Positions 49,733 to 61,269 of a DNA stretch of 64,000 nucleotides are shown here, in pieces. Position 1 is the first letter of the stretch. Each line of letters starts with the position of its first letter. The stretch is taken from assembly GCA_051439605.1 (NCBI GenBank), contig JBFRWN010000017.1, positions 183,855 through 247,854 on the forward strand, written 5' to 3'. This DNA is from Synechococcus sp. Lineage in GTDB: Bacteria > Cyanobacteriota > Cyanobacteriia > Thermostichales > PCC-7336. Position numbers and translations under genes: made by a program. The notes below the pieces were generated by a model. It searched no databases. It was not told the DNA's origin and saw nothing but the letters and a program-made list of their open reading frames with translations.

Positions 49733-50105
49733 TGTCTAAATGCAAACGATTCACTCACAACACACCCCTTCTAAAGTTCGAGCGTGCCCTAAAATCAGGA
49801 TTTTCGATCCGTAGACATCTTTTGAGTAGTCATCTTTGAGACGATGGGAAGAACTCCTCTACCTAAATCCTAACCTTCTCGCCACCAAACTCCGTGCAGG
49901 TTACCTCACCGGCCATATTTTACAGGGCACATCGGCCCTGAAAGGCTGCCTGAGGCATCCATTATTGATGAATGCATGACAATGTTTGGGGTCGATCTCC
50001 GGTCTCCCTATCTTGAATTTCGGACTCAAATAAGTTTTTTAACGACCTATGGTTCTCCACCCTTTATTCGGGCAAACTCCCCCGTAGCGAGTGCTTGGAA
50101 GAGCT

Positions 50106-51086
50106 TCAGGGGCGATCGCGGCAGACGCTAGCAATTTGGATGCAGGTAGTTTGCAGCGAGCGATGCTCGTCTTGGCCTCGCTTGAGTTGGTACTCCAAAT
50201 CCAACAGTAATTCCATCACCCGATAGAGCTGTTGACTGTTAAGGGACTGCACCTCTTTCTGCAGAAAATACACCCGCTTGGGATTGCCCAAGTCCGCCAT
50301 CTGGGCGATCGCCTTGTTGTCCCGTTCCCCAGAATCAATCGCTACCCGCACCCACAACCAAGTGCGGAACTGACCCACGAGCACGGCCACAATCTTGAGG
50401 GGGGGCTCGTTGCGGGAAAGTAACTGCATTAAAATCTGCAACGACTTTTCAATCTCTCCAGTCCGCAATTGGGCCGCCAGTTGAAAGGTGTTGGAGGCGG
50501 ATGCGGGCACTAATTCTTGCACCTGTTCGGCTGTCACGACGCTATCGGGAACGTACAGAGACAGCTTTTCCAACTCCATCTCTAGCTTGCGCCGATCGTT
50601 ACCCACCGCTTCCGCCAGCAGGGTAGTGGCAGCTCTATCCAACTCCACCTGCTGATTTTTCGCGGCACTTTTAACCGCATCCACGAGCCCATCGGTATCC
50701 CAAGGGGCAACTTGCTTAAATTCTCGGACTTTGGCAACTTTTTTGAGCAGCTTGGTGGACTTGAGTCGCCCGTCTGGCTTTCCGTGGAGGGTGAGTAGCA
50801 AATGGGTGGTAGCAGGCAATGCGGCTAGCGTCCGCTCTAATTCCTGCAATAGGTCCTCGCTACATTGCTGTAATAGATTGGTATCTTCCAGCCACACCAG
50901 CCGATCGCCCATCCCTAGAGGGGGTGTCATCGCCTGGTTGAGGCCAGTTAAGGTTTCCTCTGGCCCTGAACCCAGGCGATCGAAGTTGAACGCAACCCAG
51001 GCGGCATCCAACACTTTCTGCTGCAATGCCTGAACCGCCTTTTTGAGGGAAAAGCGATCGTCTCCCCAGTAGAGATAAATGGGCAA
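50106..51086 (-). CDS. holA: DNA polymerase III delta subunit
   Basis: MPIYLYWGDD.F, QAMTPP.G.G.RLV, KPDGRLKSTK, ELEKL, GNPKRVYFL. Confidence 0.93.
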   Translation of the reverse strand: MPIYLYWGDDRFSLKKAVQALQQKVLDAAWVAFNFDRLGSGPEETLTGLNQAMTPPLGMGDRLVWLEDTNLLQQCSEDLLQELERTLAALPATTHLLLTLHGKPDGRLKSTKLLKKVAKVREFKQVAPWDTDGLVDAVKSAAKNQQVELDRAATTLLAEAVGNDRRKLEMELEKLSLYVPDSVVTAEQVQELVPASASNTFQLAAQLRTGEIEKSLQILMQLLSRNEPPLKIVAVLVGQFRTWLWVRVAIDSGERDNKAIAQMADLGNPKRVYFLQKEVQSLNSQQLYRVMELLLDLEYQLKRGQDEHRSLQTTCIQIASVCRDRP

Positions 51087-51216
51087 TATTGCCTCACCAA
51101 CTGACTCGGGGTGACTATAACCTAAGGACTACAGCCTGTCAGCTCTTGTCTCTGACCTTTCAATTAGCAAAGGCATTTCAATCCCCAAGGGGTGAGCAGA
51201 TGACAATCCTCGGCAG

Positions 51217-52095
51217 TTGGATGGCTACGATACAATTTGGTGCATTAGGCCACAAAGGATTGACGTGCGACTTTGGTGCATACACGGCAATTTGCAGCAG
51301 CCTTCTGTCTGGCTTGACATTGCTAACCGTTTGCAGGCGTCCTTCGGTTTCGCGTCAGTTCAAGTGGAGTTGGAAAATTTGTGGATGACATCTGCATTGA
51401 ACTTCCACGATTGGGCAGATGACTTTTGCCAGCGGGTGCAGCAGCGGACGGAAGGGGGGGAGCAGCAATGGCTGATGGGGTATTCGCTGGGGGGGCGGCT
51501 CGCACTACATGCAATTGTGCGTCTCCCACAAATATGGCAAGGGGCGATCGTAGTGTCCGCCGACCCTGGACTGAAGTCTGAAGCGGAGAGGACTGATTGC
51601 CTCCAAGGTGACTTGAACTGGGGACAACGATTTCTTGCAGAGCCTTGGGACAATCTATTGCGCGAGTGGGATGGCCAGGGGGTATTTGCGGGGTATGACA
51701 ATCCAGTGGAGAGGCACCCAACAACCTTCGATCGCCATCGCATCTGCCAATTGTTCGACCGCTTTTCCAAAGGTAGACAAGCAAACTTGAGTCAGCGACT
51801 AGCTCAGCTGACGCAGCCACCCCTTCTGTACGTCTCTGGAGTTGATGACCCGAAATACTGCGCGATCGGTCAAACTCTGGCCAACGCGTGTGCAACCGTA
51901 ACCCATACGACGATCTCCCACGCCGCCCATCGGGTGCCATGGGACAATCCCAGCAGTTTTGCCACCGGAGTGGCGAAGTTTATTCACCACCAAAATATAT
52001 TGAGCGGGGACAAGGTCAAGCCACTTGAACCAACAATCCGGCAAGCTCACCAGAGTCTAGACGGCCCCCCAGACAATCCTGAGGACATGACCTGA
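51217..52095 (+). CDS. Alpha/beta hydrolase, MenH (SHCHC synthase)-like; start uncertain
   Basis: IHG, GYSLGGRLAL, S..PGL..E.ER, G..D.KY, AAHRV. Confidence 0.7.
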   Translation: MDGYDTIWCIRPQRIDVRLWCIHGNLQQPSVWLDIANRLQASFGFASVQVELENLWMTSALNFHDWADDFCQRVQQRTEGGEQQWLMGYSLGGRLALHAIVRLPQIWQGAIVVSADPGLKSEAERTDCLQGDLNWGQRFLAEPWDNLLREWDGQGVFAGYDNPVERHPTTFDRHRICQLFDRFSKGRQANLSQRLAQLTQPPLLYVSGVDDPKYCAIGQTLANACATVTHTTISHAAHRVPWDNPSSFATGVAKFIHHQNILSGDKVKPLEPTIRQAHQSLDGPPDNPEDMT

Positions 52096-53681
52096 GGCGC
52101 AAGCAACACAAAGTCACTGGTGCTGGCTACGGGGACTACCCCGGTCTGCGAGAACTGTTGCCACACTAGGCGTTCGAGCAACAAATAGTGATTCGCCCAC
52201 CGTTCCTGTAGTTGCTGAGGGCTGGCCGGCAGAATTTTGCAGTGGCTGTAATAGTTGAGGGAAGGTCTTTCGTAGCCAAACGAGGTGTAGAGAATCGTAT
52301 TGGCTGGCACTTGAGATCGCACCAATTCCGCTACGGGTAGCACGTCAAACGCCTCGTTCAGCTCCCATAGCCATTCCCCCGACAGCATCAACAACAGCAA
52401 ACTGGCATAGATTCCCGCAAAAAATATAGGGATGAATCTGCGGCGCTTTTGCCACAGGAGCCGAGCCACAATGGCAAAGGTCCCACTTAATACCAGCCCC
52501 ATCAGGGGCAAGACCCATTGCTCTCCGGCATAGTCAATCGCGAAATAGACTGACCCGGCTAGGGCGATCGCCCCCAATCCTGCAAAGGCAAACGCCCACC
52601 CTCGACTGATGCGATCGGGGGATTGCCAATACCAAGCCAACTGCGCCCCCACCGCCAGCGCCACGAACGGATACACCGGCATCACGTACCAAGGGAGCTT
52701 CGTTCCCATTACAGATATCATGCCGAGATACCCCACCGTCCCCACCAGCACGAGTCCCCCCCAACAGTCCCGAGCACTCCAAGCTAGCTTGAGACCGAGG
52801 GGCCAAAAGAGCAAGCCAGGCCAGGCATATTTGACGATCTCCAGCAGGTAGTACCAGACTGGTCCGCTATGGCTCTCGACAGTCTCCGATAAACGGTTGA
52901 ATCCTTGGGCCAAAAAATGTATCCGGCCAAAAGCCCAGCCATAATGATGAAACTGGCCCGCGTACCAAGCAGCCAAAGCCGCTAGCCCCACGCAGCCCCC
53001 TAATACCACCCAACCATTGGTGAACAGCGATCGCTGCCGTCTCAGCAGCACCCATGCCAAAGCGATTCCCCCCAACGGAACTGCCAGTAATCCTTTGGTC
53101 AACCCCAACCACCCTAGACTTAACCCCACTCCAATTCCCCAGCGAGGGTGGCTTGTTTCCCTCGCGAGGCAAAGCAACATTGCCAAAAATGCACTCACTG
53201 CCATGCCGTCCAGCATCAACAGACGCCCATGGCGCACAACGGGCAGTAACGTTAGCAGTACCGCGGCAGAACACAGTGCTGGGGGACGCCGTTGAAACTG
53301 CGATCGCCCCAGTAAATACAACAGGGGCACCCCGAGCGCTGATGCTACAGCTCCAGGGATTCTCGCCGCCCAGTCTGTCACTCCAAAGCAGTGGAAACTG
53401 AGAGCCACCCACCAATCCATCAAGGGGGGTTTTAGCATGTAGGGCTGGCCAAATTGGGTGGGATGCCACCACTGTCCGGTTTCAAAAATTTCTCGGGCAA
53501 CTGCGGCACGGGTGCCCTCATCCCAGTCCCGTAAGGGCACATCCCCCAGTGCCATTAGATAGAGGAGCAGCGCTGCTGCTGTCAGCGCGATCGCCCATCC
53601 CCCGTCAAATGCGTCCAGAGAAGACGGGGTACATACCGCATCTCCATTCGCTCTATCTCTAGAAACCGGCTTGGATGTCAT
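52047..53681 (-). CDS. GT39/ArnT-like membrane glycosyltransferase
   Basis: PLRDWDEG..A.VARE, KPPL, VVRHGRL.MLDG, WYYLLE, TKLPWY, WLWELNE. Confidence 0.88.
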   Translation of the reverse strand: MTSKPVSRDRANGDAVCTPSSLDAFDGGWAIALTAAALLLYLMALGDVPLRDWDEGTRAAVAREIFETGQWWHPTQFGQPYMLKPPLMDWWVALSFHCFGVTDWAARIPGAVASALGVPLLYLLGRSQFQRRPPALCSAAVLLTLLPVVRHGRLLMLDGMAVSAFLAMLLCLARETSHPRWGIGVGLSLGWLGLTKGLLAVPLGGIALAWVLLRRQRSLFTNGWVVLGGCVGLAALAAWYAGQFHHYGWAFGRIHFLAQGFNRLSETVESHSGPVWYYLLEIVKYAWPGLLFWPLGLKLAWSARDCWGGLVLVGTVGYLGMISVMGTKLPWYVMPVYPFVALAVGAQLAWYWQSPDRISRGWAFAFAGLGAIALAGSVYFAIDYAGEQWVLPLMGLVLSGTFAIVARLLWQKRRRFIPIFFAGIYASLLLLMLSGEWLWELNEAFDVLPVAELVRSQVPANTILYTSFGYERPSLNYYSHCKILPASPQQLQERWANHYLLLERLVWQQFSQTGVVPVASTSDFVLLAPQVMSSGLSGGPSRLW

Positions 53682-53867
53682 GTATGCTTTGGACCTGTCC
53701 GGATTGACGACTACAGCAACCCTCAAGTTGCTGAGGACATCTCAGCGATTCCGAACCCTGGCTGGCCAGATCTGGGTCGACTCGAACTGAGATGGTTACA
53801 GCGATAAACGCGATGGTGCCGAATATTTGAAAGGATGTGCGACCAAACGGGTCCTCTTTCCTACAGC

Positions 53868-53900
53868 AAATCCGCCGCTTCCATGCCAGGTAGCGGCGGA
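53868..53900 (-). terminator. rpmB terminator
   Basis: 9-bp stem TCCGCCGCT / AGCGGCGGA followed by TTTG on the minus strand. Confidence 0.6.
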
Positions 53901-53919
53901 CTGATTACAAATTATGGGC

Positions 53920-54156
53920 CTAGTAAGCGTTGAGGTCGATGCCAGCCTCGCGGGCCATCGTAGACAGACCTTTTTTCTTGAGGGTCTTAATCGCTTTAGT
54001 CGAAAGGCGCAGACGGACAAAACGCTTGCCTTCTTCCCACCACACACGCTTGTTCTGTAAGTTCGCCTCTTGCATCTTTTTAGTACGACGATGGGAGTGC
54101 GAAACCGCGAAGGCGTTGTTTCCCTTTTTGTTGGTGAGATCGCAATGGCGCGGCAT
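53920..54156 (-). CDS. rpmB: 50S ribosomal protein L28
   Basis: [31 protein letters not shown]...[10 protein letters not shown]. Confidence 0.97.
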   Translation of the reverse strand: MPRHCDLTNKKGNNAFAVSHSHRRTKKMQEANLQNKRVWWEEGKRFVRLRLSTKAIKTLKKKGLSTMAREAGIDLNAY

Positions 54157-54185
54157 GGTTTTAGACGGACTACGAAACAGCCTAA

Positions 54186-54533
54186 CTAGTCTAAACGATG
54201 TGTATCTCCTACAGCAACTTCTGCTTGAAATTCAGTTAAAGCCGTTCTCACAGTCTCAAAGACCTGCTGGCAGTGGTTTACCACCTTGAGAGGCAGTTCT
54301 TCGTTTTTGGCAACACAGGTCAGCTCCACCTGGCCGGTCACTTTCGAATCTAGAAACATCTCCACCGTCACCAGTTGAGCAATCGAAACATTCCCTGGTT
54401 TTTCGCGGGCCATACAGTAACTGGGACTGTCGTAAACCCAGTTGAACTGACACCGGTTCAGGAGCTCCTGCAAGCCAACGCGCACCTGTTCTCGTTCGGC
54501 AGGCATATTTAAAATGCAAGAATAGCGACCCAT
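54186..54533 (-). CDS. Conserved cyanobacterial hypothetical protein
   Basis: M.RYSC...Y.MARE.PG.V...LVTVE...KNEELPL...NHC. Confidence 0.75.
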   Translation of the reverse strand: MGRYSCILNMPAEREQVRVGLQELLNRCQFNWVYDSPSYCMAREKPGNVSIAQLVTVEMFLDSKVTGQVELTCVAKNEELPLKVVNHCQQVFETVRTALTEFQAEVAVGDTHRLD

Positions 54534-54859
54534 GTCAGACACCCACAACACTGCATCACACCACCCACTTTGGCGCTAGCCAGCGCGATACAAGCACCGG
54601 CAGCCCATAGTGGAACACTCATCCCTAACATATCGACAGCAATTCGAATCTGGAACGATCCTTAACTTAAGTTTTGTGGCAACGATCGAGTCGCTTGGGA
54701 CGGTTCGGGGACAGAGAGCCCTCCTTGCGGTTGAAATTCCACCGTTCATCCCCCCATGGCAATCGCCCTAAAACTTGGAAGTTTGATGACATTCCATACA
54801 TATAGCCATTCTGATTCTGGGGAGATCGGGCTGGGCGAGGTTAGCTATTCCCGCGAAAC

Positions 54860-57226
54860 TTACGTCTCGTCAAGTTGGATATCTCTCAGCCGTAGAGAAT
54901 TCCAAACCACGTTCAGAGAGCTAAATGCCATCGCAATTTCCGCCATGATGGGGTGCAACAAACCGCTGGCGGCCACCGGCAGCGCAATCAGGTTGTAGAT
55001 GTAGGCCCAACCCAGGTTCTGTTCAATTTTTCGGAAGGTCGATCGCGCCAGTGCCATCCCCTCCACCACCGCCATCAGATCTCCCCGCACTAAGGCCACG
55101 TCAGCGGCTTCGATCGCAATGTCGGTACCAGTTCCCAGGGCAATCCCGACATCCGCTTGCTTGAGGGCCGGGGCATCGTTAATACCATCCCCCACCATCA
55201 CCACAACTTCGCCAGCGTCCTGCAGGTGACGCACCCAATCGACCTTTCCGCCGGGCAGCATGTCCGCCTGCACCCGATCGATCCCGACGCTCTCGGCGAT
55301 TGCCTCGGCTGCCCGACGGTTATCCCCTGTCAGCAAGAACACCTTGAGACCGCGAGACTGAAGACAATCGACAGCCATCTCCGCTTCGGGCTTCAGGGGG
55401 TCGGCAATAGCGATCGTGCCAAGGAATTCTCCATCTAAACCGACGACGACAACCGTTTGTCCATCCGCCTGCAGCTGCTCAATCTCTGCCTGCGCGGCGT
55501 CCAAACCCCTCAGCTTTTGGGCGGCAAAGGAGGGATTCCCCACCAATACCTGCCGATCGGCGATCGCCGCTTGCACTCCACAGCCCGCAATGGCCTGCAT
55601 CTCTCGGACCTCGGGCAATGGCAACTCCAACTGCCTGGAGTGCTCCACGATGGCTCTAGCCAGAGGATGCTCGGAGAGTTGCTCTGCCGCCGCCGCCCAA
55701 GTCAAGATGTCAACCGCTTTTTCAGGGGGCCAAACAGCCTGGACCTCAGGTTTGGCCTGAGTGAGCGTACCGGTCTTATCAAAGATAACGGTGGTCACCT
55801 CCTGCAGACTTTGGAGGGCTTCGCCATTGCGGATCAGGATGCCGCTTTTGGCCCCCCGCCCCGCCCCCACCATCAGTGCCATGGGTGTCGCCAGCCCTAA
55901 GGCACAGGGACAAGCCACCACTAGGACCGCAATGGTATTGAACGCTGCCAACGCAAGGGGGGATAGCTCTGCATTCACCCAGGGCAGAACGGTAGCAACG
56001 GATTCCACCCAACGATGCAAGGGCTCTGCTGCCAGCATCCATCCAGCGAACGTCATGACAGCCAACAGCAACACGCAGGGCACGAAAAAGCCGGTCACGC
56101 GATCGGCCAGTTGCTGAACGGGAACTTTGCTCCCCTGCGCCTCTTGTACCAGACGAATCATTTGGGCGAGAAAAGAATCGCCACCGACGCGAGTCACTTC
56201 CACCACCAGCGTGCCCTGCTGGTTCACGGTGGCTCCAATGGCGCGATCGCCCTTGGATTTATCCACCGGCATCGATTCCCCTGTGGCAATGGATTCATCA
56301 ACGCTGGATTGACCCATCACAATCTCGCCATCCGCAGGAATCACCTCCCCTGGCTTGACCAACAGGCGGTCTCCCACCTGAACCACTTGAATGGGAACAT
56401 CGACAAATTCAGACGGTATTCCCTGACCCTCTTCTACTGCGTTAGTCCGATCGTCGGGTAAATCGGCATCAACCCCAGTCGGCAGTAAATGAGCCTGCTT
56501 TACCTGAAGCCGTGCCAATTGTTCGATCGCCTGCGACGCTTGTCCCCGCGCCCGTCGATCTAGGTAGCGGCTGAAGAGGTGAAAGGCCATAACCATGGCC
56601 GCGACTTCCACAAATACCGTCACCTCGGGGACAGCTATCAGGCCGGTGAGGTAGGTGGGCAGGGTGCCTAGACTAATCAGGACATCCATATTGGGGGCCT
56701 GTCGGCGCAGCGCCGCCCAACTGCGTTGGTGGGTGGGCCAACCGGCCACAAAAACTACTGGAAACGCCAGTACCAAGGTAAGTAGATGATGGTGGGCGTT
56801 GTGGGGCATCTGGTACCACATGCAGTACAGCATCACCCCCATCAACACCACTGCGGGTACTGCGGCCAAAATCAGGCGCGCGCGGGCATCTTCAATATCT
56901 TCCAGGCGATCCTGTCCCAAGACTTCCAGAGCGTTGGCTGCATCGATGGGGGTGGCGGAAAATCCACTCTCGCTCACCGCTGCCACCAATGTTGCCAGCG
57001 ACACCTGCTCTGATTCGTAAACCACTCGTGCTTGCTCGGCGGCAAAATTAACCTCCGCCAGAGTCACTCCCGGAATCTGTGTCAGGGTACGGGTCACGCT
57101 GGCTGCACAACCCGCACAGCTCATCCCTCCAATCTTCAGGCTGGCAGCTGCTCGCGCAGCCTCTGAGGATATGAATGAAGCGGTCATGGATGGGTCAGTC
57201 GGACTATTCGGTAAGGCAGCGGTCAT
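54860..57226 (-). CDS. Cu(I)-translocating P1B-type ATPase (CopA/PacS-like)
   Basis: GMSCAGC metal-binding domain, TGES, CPC, DKTGT, SEHP, GDGIND, YN and MAFSS. Confidence 0.93.
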   Translation of the reverse strand: MTAALPNSPTDPSMTASFISSEAARAAASLKIGGMSCAGCAASVTRTLTQIPGVTLAEVNFAAEQARVVYESEQVSLATLVAAVSESGFSATPIDAANALEVLGQDRLEDIEDARARLILAAVPAVVLMGVMLYCMWYQMPHNAHHHLLTLVLAFPVVFVAGWPTHQRSWAALRRQAPNMDVLISLGTLPTYLTGLIAVPEVTVFVEVAAMVMAFHLFSRYLDRRARGQASQAIEQLARLQVKQAHLLPTGVDADLPDDRTNAVEEGQGIPSEFVDVPIQVVQVGDRLLVKPGEVIPADGEIVMGQSSVDESIATGESMPVDKSKGDRAIGATVNQQGTLVVEVTRVGGDSFLAQMIRLVQEAQGSKVPVQQLADRVTGFFVPCVLLLAVMTFAGWMLAAEPLHRWVESVATVLPWVNAELSPLALAAFNTIAVLVVACPCALGLATPMALMVGAGRGAKSGILIRNGEALQSLQEVTTVIFDKTGTLTQAKPEVQAVWPPEKAVDILTWAAAAEQLSEHPLARAIVEHSRQLELPLPEVREMQAIAGCGVQAAIADRQVLVGNPSFAAQKLRGLDAAQAEIEQLQADGQTVVVVGLDGEFLGTIAIADPLKPEAEMAVDCLQSRGLKVFLLTGDNRRAAEAIAESVGIDRVQADMLPGGKVDWVRHLQDAGEVVVMVGDGINDAPALKQADVGIALGTGTDIAIEAADVALVRGDLMAVVEGMALARSTFRKIEQNLGWAYIYNLIALPVAASGLLHPIMAEIAMAFSSLNVVWNSLRLRDIQLDET

Positions 57227-57629
57227 AGATATTAACCGTCATAGGAATGAACCAGAAGCGTGAGGAATGCTGGCGAACACCACGATTTCCCTAACCGACA
57301 TCCTGCGCGATATCGAGCCATTCGTCTATGGTTCCTCTCATGAGATGGGTGCATGGCTTGCAGGTAAAAGCGTAGGCCCTCCAGAGAATTAGCCCCTTCA
57401 ACATGATGATTCCCAACGATTTGGCGGGAATCTTAATGTCACTGGGGTCTGCTCACCGCAATCCTTCGACATGGGATGCTGGAAGCTTGCACCAGTTTTC
57501 CAGTTGTTCTACTCAACTCATCAGGGCAGCCCACGGGTACACGGAATCAAAAAGTGCGGTCTCACCACCCATTCTGCTATCGTTCCCCCGATATAGTTGG
57601 CAAGGCAACTTGTTCCATAGGAGCTATTT

Positions 57630-58325
57630 ATGCGTTGCACGCGTTCCATTTTTGCCCTGATTGCAACCGCGATCGCTGGTTTAACCGCTGGAAAAGCATT
57701 TTCGGCTGAAGAGCTGGTGATTACAGCAGGTCCTGCCAACCGCGCTATTCCAATCGAAGACTTGGCGGTCTATGCCGAAACTGGGGAAACCAGCCGCCAG
57801 TTGGAGGTCTACTTTGACGACTACGTCGGAGAAGAGGGGGCCAAAGGAATCCGTAAAGCCTTGAATCTGCAGGTGGTGGTGGATTTTGTCCCGTTTACTC
57901 AGTACCTCCGCTCTGAGGGGGGAGCTTGCTTCTTGGGACAGATCGGTCGGATTGTCAGACCGGCGGCTAGCAACGTCAATTCCACCCAGGCGCTTAGAGC
58001 TGGGCTGATTAATGCCGCTGCCCCTGACGGCACGATGACGCTGTTGGAATTTTTCCAAAAATATCCCAACCGACAAATTTATGTCGATCAGGCGCAACTA
58101 TCGGGCAAAGGGGAAGAAGCGGACGCGTTTCGCACTCTTTTACGCGATGTTTTAGTGGCCTCTGGCCTTCCCATTGAGAATACAGATGTTATAGAAGCAT
58201 CGGCATCAGAAACAACTGATGATGGGTCTTCTAAATTGGTCGTTCCTCTGATGGGGGTGGACTACAAGCTGCTGGACAAGAACTCTTTCGAAATGATCTG
58301 TGGCGCAGCATCACAAGAGAGTTAG
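57630..58325 (+). CDS. Exported DUF1400-like protein
   Basis: AEELV...I..EDL..YAETGE, ALRAGLI.AA...G.MTLLEF...YP...I.VD; AGGAG RBS. Confidence 0.7.
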   Translation: MRCTRSIFALIATAIAGLTAGKAFSAEELVITAGPANRAIPIEDLAVYAETGETSRQLEVYFDDYVGEEGAKGIRKALNLQVVVDFVPFTQYLRSEGGACFLGQIGRIVRPAASNVNSTQALRAGLINAAAPDGTMTLLEFFQKYPNRQIYVDQAQLSGKGEEADAFRTLLRDVLVASGLPIENTDVIEASASETTDDGSSKLVVPLMGVDYKLLDKNSFEMICGAASQES

Positions 58326-59338
58326 TTCTGCAAATTAGCGATCGAGCCGGCGAAGCTTCTCCTAATAGGGTTGCAACCGGGCTCGGTCCATAAACGCTTG
58401 CTTGAGCTAGCGCTCTGCGGAATTTTTTAACTCAAATCGTGTCGATTTTTGAGTAACAAACTAAATAGATGAGAGCAAGCCAATTGCTTATAGCTGTGGG
58501 GTGCGATCGCAGTGGAGCATACTAATGCGCAAATATCTCGAATCATGCTCTACCACTGTTCGCATATCCCACAGAAAGATTGCTGATTTTTTCGTGAAAC
58601 ATTTCTCGGACTGAAACCCTGCGGTGAACTAGACCGAATTTCCCTTGGCTCAAGGGTAATTGAGCCCACCGTCAAGCAGAGTATTTGCCGCATCAAGACT
58701 TCCGGGACTCATTGAGAAACAACAATTATCCAACTTTTTTAACAGCGCTATTTCTCCCTCAATCGGCTTTGCTCGATTGCAAAACTGGGATGCACTCAGC
58801 TTACGCTTGGACTTTGGATAAATGTCATGAGTAGTGTGTATTCAGCTAGAATCACGCGCTTAAGCCACCACTACTAGTGTAAATATTGGATAAATCCAAA
58901 ATTTAGTTACTCTTAGTCGAGTAAATACATCAATGAATTGAGAAACCGTTGATCTAAGAGAATATTGCGGATACCATCCTAAGCAAATAAAACACTCCTT
59001 CCACCAATTGCCCCCTTAATTGTAAAACACACAACCAATAAAGAGGCCAAAATTATACATGCCAGTATATATTGCTGCTTAGTTTAACCAAATTCTACCT
59101 ATTTTGTAGGTATGTCTTGCTCGATCGCAGAAGTTCTTTTTCGCAAGCAATATGGAAAGAAGAAGGGGGTACCAAGCTTGGGTTGATGACAGGAAAACCT
59201 GAGTTTATAAATCGTATTGGTCTTTACCATTGAACATTTTAGGGCTTATTGAGACCTATGTTGATTCTTTAATTCTTCGGAGCAGTTGGATTCAATTTGA
59301 GTTGCTTTAAGAAATATTAGTGGTAGTAGGCATCAGTA

Positions 59339-61240
59339 ATGAATTGTGTATTGAAAAACTGCCTCTTAACTCTGCCTGTTGTATTGTCTTTGTTGATCGA
59401 TAACTCAAAGGCCGCAGCAAGGGATACCGATATATTTCCGCTTCATGGGAGTCACATTGGGGATCGATTTTCGTCTACCCCGATCGCCTGTTTGCCTTCC
59501 GCAGATCCCCTCAACTGCTTAACCACATCTACAGCAGAAGCGACCGCTTCCGAGCTCGTCACACAAGCCCCTCCAGCCCCCGAACGCTCTATAGAACGAG
59601 TGCCCTTACCGGGAACGGATTTAGTTGTACCGACTCCCCAAGAAAAACCTCTGGAACTCCCACTACCCTCTTTCGATCCCCTTGAGACAACACCATCGCC
59701 TTCAACCCAACCTACTAAATCTCCGGAAATCGGATCGGATGCTGAGGGGAACTTTGTCGTCCGCGACATCGTGGTTGAAGGTAACACCGTCTTGGATGAC
59801 GAAATCGAGCAACTCGTGCAAGAGTTTGTCGGGCAGCGCCTCAATAGGGAAGGCATCGCAGCAATCAGCGATGCGATTACCCAGCTCTATCTGAACGAGG
59901 GGTATATCACGTCGAGGGCGATTGAAGGGGCAACGACTGCAGATGGCACCGTCACGATCCCGGTTGTCGAAGGTCAAGTGGTGGACATTGAGATCGCAAA
60001 TGAAGAGGACTTGCGACTGATTTCGTCTTATATTCGCAGCCGAATTGCACGCGGTACAGGAACCCCCCTCAAAGTTGCCAAACTTGAGGATCGCCTGAGA
60101 TTGCTGCGTGCCGATCCGCTGATTGCCAATTTAGAAGCCAGTTTGATGCCTACTGGCGAGGTCGGCAAAAGCATTCTAAGAGTGCTTGTTACAGAGGCCA
60201 ATCCTTTCACTGCCAACTTTAGTGCGGATAACTATTCACCACCCAGCATTGGTGGGGAGCGATTTGGCATCAATCCGCGCTATCGCAACTGGACGCGCAT
60301 TGGAGACGAAGTTGCGATCTCTTATGCACCGACTGTGACGGGGGGGGCTCACCAGCTTGAGGGCAGTTACCGGGCTCCGCTCAACCCCATGAACGGTACT
60401 CTGCGAGTGAGAGCACAACCCTATTGGACCCGCATTACTCAGTCGCCGTTTGATGAGTTCGATATTGAAGGAACTCGACAGGAGTACGAAATTCTTTACC
60501 GCCAGCCGCTGCTGCGAACGTTCACCGAAGAGTTCGCTTTGTCTGTGGGGTTTACCTTCACGGAAAGTCAGACTTTTGTGCTCGACAAAGGCACTCCGTT
60601 TGGATTTGGTCCCAATGACAATGGCATCAGTCGTACCAGCGTTATTAATTTCGATCAGGATTACGTTCGCCGCGATCCGGTAGGTGCCTGGCTTGCCAGA
60701 TCGCGGTTGAACTTCGGCACCGGTTTATTTGACGCTACTTCGAACAGTTCGTCTATTCCCGACGGACAGTTTTTCAGCTGGTTGTTCCAAGCACAGCGGG
60801 TACAGCGGCTCGGTGACGATCACTTACTGCTCCTGCAGGGAGATCTGCAGCTAACTCCAGATCCGCTGTTGCCCATCCAGCAGTTCACCATTGGCGGCGG
60901 TCAATCGGTGCGGGGCTATCGGCAAAACGTGCGGTCCGGGGATAACGGATTCCGGTTGTCTATCGAGGATCGGTTTACGGTGTTGCGTGACGAAGCGGGA
61001 ACTCCTAAATTTCAGCTTGCTCCGTTTGTCGATATGGGCGATGTCTGGAATGTATCTGACAACCCCAATACTGAGTTCGACCAAACCTTCACGATTGGAG
61101 CGGGCATGGGATTTTTGTGGGAGCCGCTAAAGGGCTTAAGAGTGCGTGTGGATTACGGTTTTCCGTTTATCGACTTGGACGACCGGGGGGACAACATTCA
61201 GGACGATGGCCTTTACTTTTCAGTCAATTACCGGCTTTAG
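59339..61240 (+). CDS. TpsB (ShlB/FhaC/HecB-family) two-partner secretion translocator
   Basis: POTRA (V.GNTVL...ITQLYLNEGYITSRA), DNYSPPSIG, VRGYRQN motif, C-terminal GLYFSVNYRL. Confidence 0.93.
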   Translation: MNCVLKNCLLTLPVVLSLLIDNSKAAARDTDIFPLHGSHIGDRFSSTPIACLPSADPLNCLTTSTAEATASELVTQAPPAPERSIERVPLPGTDLVVPTPQEKPLELPLPSFDPLETTPSPSTQPTKSPEIGSDAEGNFVVRDIVVEGNTVLDDEIEQLVQEFVGQRLNREGIAAISDAITQLYLNEGYITSRAIEGATTADGTVTIPVVEGQVVDIEIANEEDLRLISSYIRSRIARGTGTPLKVAKLEDRLRLLRADPLIANLEASLMPTGEVGKSILRVLVTEANPFTANFSADNYSPPSIGGERFGINPRYRNWTRIGDEVAISYAPTVTGGAHQLEGSYRAPLNPMNGTLRVRAQPYWTRITQSPFDEFDIEGTRQEYEILYRQPLLRTFTEEFALSVGFTFTESQTFVLDKGTPFGFGPNDNGISRTSVINFDQDYVRRDPVGAWLARSRLNFGTGLFDATSNSSSIPDGQFFSWLFQAQRVQRLGDDHLLLLQGDLQLTPDPLLPIQQFTIGGGQSVRGYRQNVRSGDNGFRLSIEDRFTVLRDEAGTPKFQLAPFVDMGDVWNVSDNPNTEFDQTFTIGAGMGFLWEPLKGLRVRVDYGFPFIDLDDRGDNIQDDGLYFSVNYRL

Positions 61241-61269
61241 TACTTACGCTCGTTTGGGGAATTGGTCTT

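Larger units (their letters stand above)
372..58510. repeat. HIP1 octamer GCGATCGC dispersed across the window
   Basis: Many copies in coding and non-coding DNA, e.g. 372-379, 5296-5303, 58503-58510; a known cyanobacterial hallmark. Confidence 0.9.

Noticed and set aside
49920..49960. TCAGGGCCG (minus strand) resembling SRP RNA
   Set aside because: The required GAAGGCAGCA continuation is absent.
52047..52095. 49-bp tail-to-tail overlap of the MenH-like and GT39 genes
   Set aside because: Short convergent overlaps of non-conserved tails are common.
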